NCBI GenBank assembly: GCA_963669175.1
Contig: OY769902.1
Location: forward strand, 4,448,001 to 4,512,000
Direction of reading: 5' to 3'
DNA: 64,000 nt
DNA from: a bacterium
GTDB taxonomy: Bacteria; Electryoneota; Electryoneia; Electryoneales; Electryoneaceae
Shown: in pieces, positions 21,802-32,777 of the stretch
Layout: each line of letters begins with the position of its first letter
Numbering within the stretch: position 1 is the stretch's first letter
Program-made: the position numbers and the translations under genes
The notes under the pieces: model-generated
The model's database searches: none
Seen by the model: the letters and a program-made list of their open reading frames with translations, nothing else
What the model was told of the DNA's origin: nothing

Positions 21802-22329
21802 ATGATGAAGAAAAGCATGTTGATTGTGACGGCTTTTGCTGTCCTGATGACCGCAGGCGTGGTCTCGAATGTGTATGCCCAGAATTGCTGCCCACACCCC
21901 TCTGACAACTGTGCGCCGGGTTCTGACAAAGCGATGCAGGAAGGCCCGAAGGAAGGGAATACATGGACAACCAGTACGGATCATCAGGAACGGTTCACCT
22001 GCCCGGTCTGCAACATGATTCATACGGTTGATGAAGCCCAGGCGGTAGCTGTGATTGATGGTGAGAAGTACTACCTCTGCCATCCGTCCGAACAGGCGAA
22101 ACTGCGTGCCGGGAAAGAAACCTATCTCGGTGAACAGTTCTGGGTGCCGGGTAATCTTGAAGAGTGGTCGAAAAACGGCGCTACCTTCAGGGATCCGGTC
22201 AATGGCCAGGTCGCAACACTGTCCGACAATACACCATCATGCCAGATCGGCCATATGCGTTATTTCTTCGTTTCCGAAGAAACCAAGGCACAGTTCGAAT
22301 CGAAGAATAATACGGCTGACGCATCGTAA
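21802..22329 (+). CDS. Exported YHS-domain metal-binding protein
   Basis: Signal peptide, CPVCNM...YYLC and DPVNG...RYFFVSEE. Confidence 0.75.
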   Translation: MMKKSMLIVTAFAVLMTAGVVSNVYAQNCCPHPSDNCAPGSDKAMQEGPKEGNTWTTSTDHQERFTCPVCNMIHTVDEAQAVAVIDGEKYYLCHPSEQAKLRAGKETYLGEQFWVPGNLEEWSKNGATFRDPVNGQVATLSDNTPSCQIGHMRYFFVSEETKAQFESKNNTADAS

Positions 22330-22358
22330 GTCAAGATTATGAGCAATAGTTGATAAAC

Positions 22359-22399
22359 GAACACCGGGACTGACCCAATGTAGTCAGTCCCGGTGTTTC
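22359..22399. terminator. Bidirectional terminator-like hairpin
   Basis: aacaccgggactgac / gtcagtcccggtgtt perfect stem between convergent genes. Confidence 0.75.
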
Positions 22400-22417
22400 A
22401 TCTACCAAATAAATCAC

Positions 22418-22559
22418 CTCGTGATCTATTGCACCTGCTTTACCCCATGACTGCGTTGCTTTCCCTTGAAATAACCCGCTATGTCTGTGGTCAAGCGCCT
22501 TGTCCTGAGGTAAAGCGCGTAGCTCAGAAAACATCATAGCAGGTGCAATGGACCACTAG
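22418..22559. mobile_element. Short CTAG-type MITE related to 52331-52600
   Basis: Imperfect inverted ends gtgatctattgcacctgct / agcaggtgcaatggaccac(tag) and shared core gaaataacccgctatg...gcgccttgtcctga...agctcag. Confidence 0.65.
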
Positions 22560-23509
22560 TACCGTTCTCCCGCCACTCCCTGCTGGATAAGGGATTCCAG
22601 TCGGTCCAGGTGTTCCGGTTGCAGCGTGATTTCCTGTGACGCCCAGTTCTCCTCAAGGCGTGCAATTCGCCGTGTTCCGGGTATCGCTACGATGTGCGGA
22701 TTGCGTGACAAGACCCACGCCAGCGCGACTTGCGCCGCGGTAGCGCCGATATCCTGGGCCAGTTCCGCGACCAGATCGGCCAGTCGGACATTGTTGGCGA
22801 TAGCTTCCTCGGTGAACCGTGGATTTTCCAGCCGCCAGTCGCCGGGTTCAAGGTCGCTGCGTGAACGGATCGCCCCGGACAGGAACCCTCGACCGAGCGG
22901 ACTGTATGCCACAAACCCAATGCCCAGGCGTTGAACGGTTGGGAGGATATCGGCCTCGACATCACGTGTCCACAGGGAATACTCAGTCTGGAGTGCGCTG
23001 ATGGGATGAACAGCATTGGCACGTTCAATAGTCTCCGGGTCCGCTTCGGACAGGCCGAGATAACGTACCTTTCCCGCCTGCACCAGCTCTGCCATCGCGC
23101 CGACGGTTTCCTCGATCGGGGTGTTGGTGTCCACACGATGCTGGTAATACAGGTCGATGTGATCAGTCCCCAATCGTTTCAGGGAAGCATCACAACTGGC
23201 TTTCACATAGTCCGCACTACCCTTGATGCCATACCAGCTACCGTCCTCCCCACGCGACACGCCAAACTTCGTTGCCAGTATGATTTCATCACGACGCCCC
23301 TTGAGAGCTTTGGACAGCAGGAGTTCATTCTTGAACGGGCCGTACATGTCTGCTGTATCCCAAAACGTACACCCGATGTCAACTGCCTGATCCAGTACGC
23401 GTAGATTATCCGCTTCTGATGAGGAACCGTAAAAATCCGACATCCCCATACATCCCAGCCCGATGGCCGGCACGACTAGACCTTGTGATCCAAGCTTGAC
23501 CTGTTTCAT
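22556..23509 (-). CDS. Aldo/keto reductase
   Basis: [35 protein letters not shown] and IPGT motifs. Confidence 0.95.
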   Translation of the reverse strand: MKQVKLGSQGLVVPAIGLGCMGMSDFYGSSSEADNLRVLDQAVDIGCTFWDTADMYGPFKNELLLSKALKGRRDEIILATKFGVSRGEDGSWYGIKGSADYVKASCDASLKRLGTDHIDLYYQHRVDTNTPIEETVGAMAELVQAGKVRYLGLSEADPETIERANAVHPISALQTEYSLWTRDVEADILPTVQRLGIGFVAYSPLGRGFLSGAIRSRSDLEPGDWRLENPRFTEEAIANNVRLADLVAELAQDIGATAAQVALAWVLSRNPHIVAIPGTRRIARLEENWASQEITLQPEHLDRLESLIQQGVAGERY

Positions 23510-23677
23510 ACTGCGATCCCTCCTTTGTTCGAGCAGGTAGCATACGCCTGCTGGTTTCTCCTCATGAATCCAGTATAACACAATTTAGATTCTTCGCTGT
23601 TTCGAATGGGTAGACTGAAGAGGCCCCCGTAGTTTGGACATGTATTTATCAGTTTTAAGTGATGGTTCCTGTTTGGG

Positions 23678-24505
23678 TCATGCTGCTTCTGTTCGTTGTG
23701 TTTGCCAGTATACTTGATCTGGTGTTTGACTGTTCAGCGCCTGGTGAGGTCGCTTTTCGTTGTAGAATGTAAAATACTCTCCAATACCCTTTTCTGCCTC
23801 ACGCAAGGTCTCGTAACATTTCAGATACACATCCTCATGTTTCAGGGATCGCCACAGACGCTCGATGAACCGATTGTCTACCCAGCGGCCTTTGCCGTCC
23901 ATGCTGATCTTAATCCCTTCATCCTGCAACCGTGACGTAAACGCCACGCTGGTAAACTGTGCGCCCTGATCAGTATTGAAAATTTCCGGTGCGCCATATT
24001 TCGCCAACGCTTCGTTCAACGCGTCCACGCAAAACAGGTGATCCATCGTGTTGCTCAGCCGCCAGGACAGCACTTTACGGCTGTGCCAATCCATGATCGC
24101 CACCAAATATCCGAAGCCTCGTGCAAGCGGAATGTACGTGATATCAGTACACCAAACCTGATTGGGACGGTCAATCGTCAACCCACGCAACAGGTAGGGA
24201 AAGATCGTATGTCCCGGTGCGGGGTGACTGGTGCGTTTCTTCTTCGGATACACCGTATAGATCCCCAGGATACGCATCAGACGACGCACCTTCTTCCGAC
24301 AGATCTTGTAACCTTCGCCACGCAACAGGTCACGCAACATCCGTGACCCCGCGAAAGGATAAACCAAGTGCAACTCATCCAACCGGCGCAACAGCGTCAA
24401 ATCTCGCTCCTTCAACGGTTTCGGCCTGTAATACGCCGTTGATCGAGGAACAGACAGCAAGGCACACTGCTTCGTGACCGGGAGTGTCTCGGTGGGCGTG
24501 ATCAT
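23678..24505 (-). CDS. IS3 transposase OrfB (DDE integrase core)
   Basis: [15 protein letters not shown] and DNRFIERLW motifs. Confidence 0.95.
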   Translation of the reverse strand: MITPTETLPVTKQCALLSVPRSTAYYRPKPLKERDLTLLRRLDELHLVYPFAGSRMLRDLLRGEGYKICRKKVRRLMRILGIYTVYPKKKRTSHPAPGHTIFPYLLRGLTIDRPNQVWCTDITYIPLARGFGYLVAIMDWHSRKVLSWRLSNTMDHLFCVDALNEALAKYGAPEIFNTDQGAQFTSVAFTSRLQDEGIKISMDGKGRWVDNRFIERLWRSLKHEDVYLKCYETLREAEKGIGEYFTFYNEKRPHQALNSQTPDQVYWQTQRTEAA

Positions 24506-24810
24506 CGTTTTACGCTCGGCCTTGCCCCAGGTCCGAGCACACGTGATAAAAAATCACGTTCCATCGTCAACTGACCGATCTTGGCATGCAGCTCCTTGAT
24601 CTCTGCGGCGGTATCATCCTGATGCACACCACGCTTGCCAGCGAAAAGACCTTCCGCCTGCTCAAGCAACTGCTTCTTCCATTGTACGATCTGGTTGGGG
24701 TGAACATCGAACTGCGAGGCCAGTTCCGAAATCGTCTTGTCACCCTTGACGGCGGCAAGCGCTACCGATGCCTTGAACTGCGCGGTTAACTTTCTGCGGG
24801 ATCGCTTCAT
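24502..24810 (-). CDS. IS3 transposase OrfA
   Basis: HTH_Tnp_1-like sequence; T TTT TTA slippery site near 24547-24553. Confidence 0.95.
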   Translation of the reverse strand: MKRSRRKLTAQFKASVALAAVKGDKTISELASQFDVHPNQIVQWKKQLLEQAEGLFAGKRGVHQDDTAAEIKELHAKIGQLTMERDFLSRVLGPGARPSVKR

Positions 24811-25234
24811 CTTCCGCTCCTTCCGAAGAACCTACGGTCCTTCAATGTAGGGCGGAACCATCAACTAAACTACTGTCCAGTTTTTGGGCCCCTCTTCAGA
24901 CCACTGGTTGATAGTATGTGATTAGGAGGAAAGGCTGTCACATCACCTCGACGAAGTGAAACTTGAATAGTGCGGGTGTATAAACCCAGGAAATACAAGA
25001 ACTACCACACCAATCGTCCCCGAAGGGTACGCCCATCTGACGAGTTTATCGGAACTTTTCCGCTCAAGATAAGAGAAATACTGGGACTGGGATTCTCTTA
25101 ACCAGCAATAGAATGAGTGTCATGAGGAGTAGATCCCGGGCAACGCTAAACGGCAGCGTTTCCGGGATGACGTGGCGATAAGTTTCGATATGTGATTAGA
25201 GTATTGATGCCCCACATAAACACAGCGAAACACC

Positions 25235-25744
25235 CTAAAAATTGATCGAATATACCCTTACCTTCGGCAGATCCTTGAATGGGGCTGTCTTTTCCAGGGT
25301 CAACCCATTCCGCAGGGCGACGTTGATTGAGGGTTGGTTTTCGGGAACGATCAGTGAGATATAGCGTTGATATCCAAATTGTTTCCTGCCATAATCCATA
25401 CATCCTTTTGCCGCTTCGGTTGCATAGCCATGTCCCCAGAAGGCCGGGTTGAACAGGTAGGCGATTTCCGGCTCAGTTTTCCCTTCGACCTCCTGCATGA
25501 GGATACCACACTGGCCAATCGCTTCCCCGGTTTCTTTCAGTTCTACGATCCATAACGAATGCCCATCATTTTCATACCGTTTCAGCCCCCTGGCGATCCA
25601 ACCACGGATTTCCTCATCATCCAGCACCTTCGGATAATGTTTCATGGCAATTTCACTGGCGAGAATAGGACGAAGAACATCCAGGTCGTCTTCTGTCATC
25701 ATCCGCAAACGTAACCGTTCGGTCTCAAACACGTACTTGTGCAT
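25235..25744 (-). CDS. GNAT (RimJ/RimL-type) acetyltransferase
   Basis: ETERLRLR, FWGHGYATEAA and ENQPSINVA motifs. Confidence 0.9.
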   Translation of the reverse strand: MHKYVFETERLRLRMMTEDDLDVLRPILASEIAMKHYPKVLDDEEIRGWIARGLKRYENDGHSLWIVELKETGEAIGQCGILMQEVEGKTEPEIAYLFNPAFWGHGYATEAAKGCMDYGRKQFGYQRYISLIVPENQPSINVALRNGLTLEKTAPFKDLPKVRVYSINF

Positions 25745-26212
25745 CTTCTCTCCTCCATGCGTCAGGCACATCAGCATTCACCCATGTGGACCAGGTAGAG
25801 TAACAGACGAAGCATATATTGCGCAAGGTTTGTGATCGTTTCACCTGTGTTCTTTGATACTGAGCCCCACTATATTGGTTTTATTGGCGTTTGATTCCTT
25901 CGAGCGCACAAGCCTCGGTAATGCACTATATCATAACATACAAATAGTCTCGCTGCCCTGCGAGTTTGCGTCTCGCCCCAATTACTAACACTGGACTTTC
26001 ACATTCGTTGCAAAGCATTCGTGTTTCATGTAACTTTTGTATTATGGGCTTATATCTTACGATAGTTTCAACCCACTGTTTATCATTAGAACCTTGTTTT
26101 CTATGCGCTTCCTACAAACTGCTCGCGTGACAACTGCCGGAAGTCATCGCCTGATCTTTCAATACGGATTGTGATTACAGGGCTTCAGCTTCACTCTAAC
26201 CTGGAGGTATCG

Positions 26213-28684
26213 ATGGAGTTAATAAATAGCACAGTCAAGCAGAATAGAGGTGGCGGTTTCTGTTTTACAGCTTTGCTTTCTCTAATCGCACTTCTTGTTC
26301 TTCAAGTCCCTCCCCTTTCTGCGGAAATCACGGTAACAGGTTCCATCGGAATTCCTGCGGCAACGACAGGAACATCTGTTCTGGTAAATGGCGATGTTGC
26401 GTATCTTCCTGCTTTTGAAGGTATGTATACTATTGACATTACTGACCCTACACACCCTGACACAATTGATTATATGGATGCTGTGGAACCTGGATGGTCT
26501 GACATTTCTACCATAGACAATTGGTTGTACTTGACGTGACTTACCGGCGGATTGCACGTGATTGCAATCACCGACCCGACGAATCCAGTTTATACCGGCA
26601 ACTACGATCCCCCGCAGGGTGGCGCCTATGATGTAGATGTTACCGGTGATTACGCCTTCCTGGCCTGCACAAATCATGGCATGCGAGTCGTATCGATGAA
26701 CAGCGCCAGGACTGTCTTCAATCTTGTGGCCGAAGCAACTCCACAGGAGAAGATTGAAGAAGTCAGAATTCGAGGCAACTACGTATATTGTGCAGCAGGC
26801 CGTGACGGCTTGTTAATTTATGATATTTCAGATGTTACAGAAGGAACGCCATCGGATTTCGGGGATGAAGATGAGGTAGGCGATGTTGATCCGGGAGCAG
26901 GGTATGCCCTGGAGCTTTCAGGCGACTATGTATATCTCGCCAATGGAGAGGCCGGAGTGTATGTAATTGATATCAGTGACCCTGCCAACCCTTCTACCGA
27001 ATACACTCTTAACACTGCTGGTAGCGCCAAGTTTTCGAAAGTTGTCGGTGATTATCTTTTCATCGCCGATGATACAGGCGGATTGAGCATCTGGGACATC
27101 ACTCCGTTACCAGACAGCACACCAACACTGGTTGAAACCTATAATGCCAATTCACCCTCGTACAATTACTTGGATGTATCGGGTTTCAACGCTTTTGTAT
27201 CAGACGGCGATGACGGCCTGCGTATACTGGATGTCAGGGACTACGATTCTCCCATGCAGAAAGGCCATCCACGTTTGCAGTATGATATGATTGGTATCCC
27301 GTCAACGGTAGCTAACGGTGATCATGTCACCTTGTTTGGTGATGATATGGGCAACACACCGGGCAGTCCTTACTGGCGTTTGAGCAGATGGGATGATGAT
27401 GCATATAAATATATCCGTCTTAATGAAACAGACAGCCGCGATACACTCACAAACGATGACCCGGCTGATTTTGCTCCGGGGCTGGGATACTGGCTCATAC
27501 AGAATACCGTCGATAACTGCGTTCTTGACATTACCGTCGAACAGAACACCGGAATTGTCAACCAGGCCACCCGGTATAGTGTTCCTCTGAGTCCCGGGAG
27601 ACCGATCGGGTCAAAAACCATGCTGGCAAACCCTTACCATTATCCTTATGACCTGAGCACCACTTATTTCAGCATTGATGGCGGCGCTGCAATTTCATAC
27701 GCTACTGCTGTTGCGGGGGGCTATATCAATGCTTTCGTGTACACATACAACTCATCAACTCAAACCTATAACGATCCTATCCCCTACAATACTTCCCTGC
27801 CTCCCTGGAAAGGCTTCTGGGTGATACAGTCAGACAACACGGTAAGTATTGATTTTCTATTTACGCCGGCTGGATACGGAGCGCTAATGGGGAACAATTC
27901 CGGCGATGATGAACTTGATGAAAGGGATTGGTTTCTGGATTTGTCCGTAGTTTCAACGGATGGCCAATACCAGGACAAAGCCAATAGAATAGGCATTTCA
28001 GCGAATTCTGATGATCTTTACGATCCCTTCGATGCGTTCGAATTCACACCAATGTCTTCCCATTTTGTGCAACTCTATTTCCCGCATAATGACTGGGATG
28101 ATTTCCCCAACAACTACACATGGGATCAGAGGTCTCTCGAATTTAACAGTGAGAAAAGCTGGGATGTTTGCATTCGCTGCTGGAATACACCTGAGACAGA
28201 GTACGTTGTAACCTGGCCAAACATTGATGAGATTTCTGACGAATACTCGTTTATTCTTGTCGACCCTGAATCCGGTGAGAAAATTGTAAACCTGCGTGAG
28301 ACAGATCAAGTCACATTCACAACCGGCGAATTTGCAGGAGATTACGAATACGCTGAATATAGCATAGTCGTAAACTACATTGAAGAAGAAGTGGACCGGA
28401 GTAACAGTGCTATTCCTGAAGAATTCGGTTTGGTCTCGCTTTATCCGAATCCGTTTAATTCGTCCATTTCTGCAACAATCGGGTTGCCGGAAACCTCAGT
28501 TCTCGAAGTTCGAGTTTATAATATTCTAGGAAAGGAAGTTGCTGTTCTGGCAAATAGAAGCTATTCAGCAGGTTATCATACAATGGTTTTTAATACTGAC
28601 GATCTGTCAAGCGGGGTGTACTTCTTAAAGGCAAGTATACCGGGCGAATCTTCAAAGGTGAGAAAAATCGTACACTTGAAGTAA
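26213..28684 (+). CDS. Secreted LVIVD-repeat protein with T9SS CTD, containing an in-frame TGA (recoded or pseudogene)
   Basis: ORFs 26171-26539 and 26552-28684 are in the same frame, separated only by TGA 26537-26539. LVIVD repeats lie on both sides; YPNPFN CTD at the end. Confidence 0.8.
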
Positions 28685-28715
28685 AGCCCTGTTTTTGCTG
28701 TTTTTGTCAAACAAG

Positions 28716-28741
28716 AAGGTGACGGTTCTCTGTCACCTTTT
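28716..28741 (+). terminator. Rho-independent terminator
   Basis: aaggtgacgg-ttct-ctgtcacctt followed by T residues. Confidence 0.7.
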
Positions 28742-28974
28742 GCTCTTCAGGGATCAGCAGTTCGGACCTTAAACAATGATACCACTCTCCTGGCCTGGTT
28801 ATTTCATAACGATACCCGAATGATTATTTTGTTTGATATTGTTCGACAACCGTGAGTTCACGGCTCGGGCAAACCGCAAAACGTGTTCTCTGATCATTGG
28901 ACCTGGTGAGCTCCTGACTTAACGAAGGGAGTTACACCAGGATTTCTGTTTATCCATTGGGGAGTGGAAGAACC

Positions 28975-30315
28975 ATGTCGATGATTACCCACAAGAAACG
29001 TCTTGGGATTCTTGTAGCAGGCGGTCCCGCACCAGGTATTAACAGTGTAATTGCCTCAGCATCCATTTTCGCACTGACAAAAGGTGTTGAAGTCGTAGGA
29101 ATCCTTGATGGTTTCAAGTACATCATGCGTGGTGATATTTCGCATACCAGGGAGCTGACGATTGGTCGTGTCAGTCGCATTCACTTTCAAGGTGGTTCGT
29201 ATATCGGAATCGCACGTGATAATCCCACCAAAGACCCCAGAGATTTACAGACAACTGTCAATTCCCTGCTCCGTCTGAACATCGACAAGTTGATTACCAT
29301 CGGTGGCGATGATACGGCGTTTTCGGCGATGAAGCTTGAGGAAGAGGCGAATGGACGTATCCGTGTCGTTCATGTCCCCAAGACCATTGACAACGACCTC
29401 TACCTTCCCCTGGGCATTCCGACATTCGGCTTCCAGACCGCCTGCAACACCGGTGTGGATGTCATTAAAAACCTGATGACGGATGCCCGGACCACTTCGC
29501 GCTGGTTTTTCGTGATCGCCATGGGACGAAAGGCCGGTCACCTGACAATGGGGTTGGGAAAGGCTGCCGGACCTACGTTAACCCTGATTCCGGAGGAATT
29601 CTCCGGGAAAAACAAAATTACACTTCCCAAGTTGGTCGATATTCTCGTTGGATCAATTATTAAAAGATTGAGCTATGGTTTTCAGGATGGGGTTGCAGTA
29701 CTGGCCGAGGGACTGCTGGAGGGAATGCCCAAATCCGACCTGAAGGAACTGGCAAAAGTAGAACGAGACGAGCATGACAATATTCGCTTCGATGAAATTG
29801 ACTTTGGCAATATTCTGAAACAGGAGGTTCAAAAACGCCTGGCCGCTTTCGGTATAAAAACAACCATTGTTGCCAAAAACCTTGGCTATGAACTGCGTTG
29901 TGCAGATCCGATTGCGTTTGATATGGAATATACACGAGACTTGGGATTCAATGCATCGCAACATATTCTGAATGGTGGAAATGGCGTCATGGCAAGTGTT
30001 CAAAATGAAAAATTTGTACCCATGAAACTAAAGGATATCCTTGATCCCAAGACAGGTCGGACACGCATCCGCCTGGTGGATATCAAGTCAGAAGGATACA
30101 ACATCCTTCGTAACTATATGATTCGCTTATCCCTTGATGACTTTGAGGATCCCCACGAGTTGGCCAAGTATGCCGCTACAGCCAACATGTCGGTTCAAAA
30201 ATTCCATGATCTTTTCCGCTATGTTGTTGAAAACGATCCCTATTACAACCATGAAACTGCCGTGAGACCAAAGAAGGAAATGATAGATGTTGTAGAAGCA
30301 GTAGAAGCTGTATAG
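28975..30315 (+). CDS. pfp: Phosphofructokinase, PPi-dependent type
   Basis: GGPAPG, GGDDT (Asp) and PKTIDND (Lys) signature of PPi use; MGR motif. Confidence 0.85.
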   Translation: MSMITHKKRLGILVAGGPAPGINSVIASASIFALTKGVEVVGILDGFKYIMRGDISHTRELTIGRVSRIHFQGGSYIGIARDNPTKDPRDLQTTVNSLLRLNIDKLITIGGDDTAFSAMKLEEEANGRIRVVHVPKTIDNDLYLPLGIPTFGFQTACNTGVDVIKNLMTDARTTSRWFFVIAMGRKAGHLTMGLGKAAGPTLTLIPEEFSGKNKITLPKLVDILVGSIIKRLSYGFQDGVAVLAEGLLEGMPKSDLKELAKVERDEHDNIRFDEIDFGNILKQEVQKRLAAFGIKTTIVAKNLGYELRCADPIAFDMEYTRDLGFNASQHILNGGNGVMASVQNEKFVPMKLKDILDPKTGRTRIRLVDIKSEGYNILRNYMIRLSLDDFEDPHELAKYAATANMSVQKFHDLFRYVVENDPYYNHETAVRPKKEMIDVVEAVEAV

Positions 30316-30380
30316 TTACCCTGTTTCACCCGGGTATGCGTTTATAGTGATTGTGAAATGCACCCCCCATTGAACGAGAC

Positions 30381-30409
30381 AAGCCTCAGTTTATCCTGAG
30401 GCTTTTTTT
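30381..30409 (+). terminator. Rho-independent terminator
   Basis: aagcctcag-tttatc-ctgaggc followed by T7. Confidence 0.85.
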
Positions 30410-30447
30410 GCTCCCCGACGACGCGACATGACGGCGCGAGATTCCAG

Positions 30448-32055
30448 TCAATATTTCTCTTGTGGGGAAACGGGATGTTCAGAAATTGGATCGAGTGATA
30501 TCCTTTTGATCCCATCTATATAATCAATACTCTCATATTGCTTCAGGTTGAGCAGTCGTTCAACCAGCAAGTCCATCCGGTCAATCTGCTCACTGACACG
30601 ATTGTGATGACGAAGGACCTCGTCTTTATTGTCCAGGGACAAGTTGGCAACTTCTACTGCGGCCTGGATAATTGCCATTGGATTCCGGAATTCATGTGAA
30701 ATAGTAACTGCGAGTTGATTGGCGATCTGGAATTTCTCCGCCTCTCTTCGCAAACTCGCACTCGCTTGTTCGGACGCTTCTTTTTCTTTCCGCATTCGGA
30801 TATCCTGCACCACGGCCAGGTTGGCCGGGGCGCCCTGGTACTCAATTCTGACTGCACGAACTTCTACCGGGATTTCTTCGCCATCACTGGCTCGCAGGAT
30901 GGTTTCATACTGTTCCGGAGCAGGTTGACCGACCATGCGATTACGATAGAGTTCCATAAGATCCGTATGCAGCCTGTCCGGGAAAAAAGTATCGAGTCTT
31001 TTACCTATCAAATCCTCAGGCTGGTATTTTAATATGATCCAGGATGCAGGATTCACAAAAACAAGGATCTCATCCTGAATAATAACAATCAAGTCCGTAA
31101 GTCGTTCTACCATACTCCGATATTTAATCTCTGATTCCTGCACTTGCTTGTGTTTTTCTTGCACTTCACGAGTACGTTCCTGGACCAGATCTTCAAGATG
31201 AGCCTTATGGTCAAGCAGGGTCTGCTCTACTTCTTTCCGCATGCGGTTTTCGACTCGCAACGATTGCAGCGTATTCGACAGGTTTTCAGCCATCTGGTTG
31301 AAAGCATCTGCCAATATGCCAAGTTCACTGTTTTGCTGAGATTCTATTCGCCCGTCCAACTCGCCTCTGGAAAGCTGGGATGCTAAATGGGTGAGCCCTT
31401 GCAACGGTCGCGCAAAACGTACTCCGAAAAACCAGCCCATAAGTCCGGTGATTGGAATGAATGCTAGAAAGATGATTGCCCCAACCAGCAAAAAGCTGTG
31501 CATTCTCGAACGAATATAGTTCGCAGTTAAATCTACGCCGACAATACCTATTTGGTTTCCCTGTTGATCTTTTATTGGTGCATACCCGGTCAACCAGGTT
31601 CCCCAGTGGTCTGTATACAAGTCCTTTTCGACCAGAACAGTATCGAGGTTTGAAGCATTTTGCCGCAGGGTTTCACTGGCGTCGAAGTATTCTTCGTTCA
31701 GATGCGCCACTCGATCCGGTTGGGTTTCAGCATCTACGACAAAACGTATCTTGCCATCCGAATCCACCCGCATGGTATACACCTCACGAATGTCTGGATC
31801 AATCCGGCGCACGTCCTGAAGAACACGTTGTATCGTACGATACTCTGAAGAGTTCTCCTGGGCGGAATCGGTCACAACCTGATGCAAGTCGGGATCGATC
31901 AAGGTGGAAGTCAGGCTGACAATATTGCGCATACGGTGGCGTATATCGCTAAGCAGATACATGCTGCTCAACTTGGAGAACGCCACAGCTATCAACAACA
32001 TGTTGACAACTGCAACAACGATGAGCCCAATACTGAAACGATGTTTTAGCTTCAT
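30448..32055 (-). CDS. Membrane sensor with HAMP, PAS and HisKA but no HATPase domain
   Basis: Two TM segments, HAMP, PAS and H-box TISHEFRNP; ends about 85 aa later with no N/G boxes. Confidence 0.8.
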   Translation of the reverse strand: MKLKHRFSIGLIVVAVVNMLLIAVAFSKLSSMYLLSDIRHRMRNIVSLTSTLIDPDLHQVVTDSAQENSSEYRTIQRVLQDVRRIDPDIREVYTMRVDSDGKIRFVVDAETQPDRVAHLNEEYFDASETLRQNASNLDTVLVEKDLYTDHWGTWLTGYAPIKDQQGNQIGIVGVDLTANYIRSRMHSFLLVGAIIFLAFIPITGLMGWFFGVRFARPLQGLTHLASQLSRGELDGRIESQQNSELGILADAFNQMAENLSNTLQSLRVENRMRKEVEQTLLDHKAHLEDLVQERTREVQEKHKQVQESEIKYRSMVERLTDLIVIIQDEILVFVNPASWIILKYQPEDLIGKRLDTFFPDRLHTDLMELYRNRMVGQPAPEQYETILRASDGEEIPVEVRAVRIEYQGAPANLAVVQDIRMRKEKEASEQASASLRREAEKFQIANQLAVTISHEFRNPMAIIQAAVEVANLSLDNKDEVLRHHNRVSEQIDRMDLLVERLLNLKQYESIDYIDGIKRISLDPISEHPVSPQEKY

Positions 32056-32292
32056 GACAATCTATCACAATATCTATAATGGCGATTGAATATACTGCAA
32101 GAGTTAACCTGTGCCTAGCAATTATTAACAATTCCCAGATTGTTAGAGATACCTTTATATTGTTGCTTTTTGGGGCACTGAATGTACAGTTTCGCGGTAT
32201 TAGCTGATACCGAGCTGCGTTTCATCGTTCAGAATATTACGCATTGCTGAAGGCATATCGGGACAAAGCAACGGATTCAGGAAGAAAAATGT

Positions 32293-32544
32293 CTATTTCT
32301 TCAAAGATTCCAGATCCATTTCCAGGTTTTCAAAACGTGCCTTCAATAATCGCGTAGAATCTGTTACTCCTGAATTATAGATTTCCAGGGCAACTGATTC
32401 CAGGAAGTGATCCAGGATGCTTCCCGCAGCGATGATTCCAATCTCCTCATCACGTTCGGTTTCGAAAAAATCGATCGTCTCCTGTATACATCTCCTTCTG
32501 GTCTCGTCGGACAGGATATCCCATTTCTTTCTGTTGTCAGCCAT
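32293..32544 (-). CDS. DUF2164 family protein
   Basis: FFETERDEEIGIIAA...IYNSGV pattern. Confidence 0.8.
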   Translation of the reverse strand: MADNRKKWDILSDETRRRCIQETIDFFETERDEEIGIIAAGSILDHFLESVALEIYNSGVTDSTRLLKARFENLEMDLESLKK

Positions 32545-32777
32545 GTTCGGTTCCTGGGAAAATGTAGGGATTTTCCGAATACTTACAGCGTATAGTATAA
32601 GGCTTCACCATCCGAAGTCAAAGAAATGACACGCATCAAATGCATTTCCCCCTCACCCCCGATAGCTCCAGAAAAACAGCGCCGTCCCAATAGCTCAAAA
32701 TCACCTCTTCCTTATTAAACCCATCCCCGTACTCCCGCGTCCAATTTTTGGATTGTGTAAAACTTGATGGAGTAAAG

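Larger units (their letters stand above)
23616..24898 (-). mobile_element. IS3-family insertion sequence
   Basis: TG...CA ends tgaagaggcccccgtagtttggaca / tgtccagtttttgggcccctcttca; 3-bp target duplication GAC at 23613-23615 and 24899-24901. Confidence 0.95.

Noticed and set aside
21046-22083. 345-aa minus-strand ORF
   Set aside because: Antisense shadow of the TonB receptor and YHS genes.
3546-26539. Genome-wide stop codon reassignment suggested by the two in-frame stops
   Set aside because: TAG and TGA both end many intact genes in this window at expected positions.
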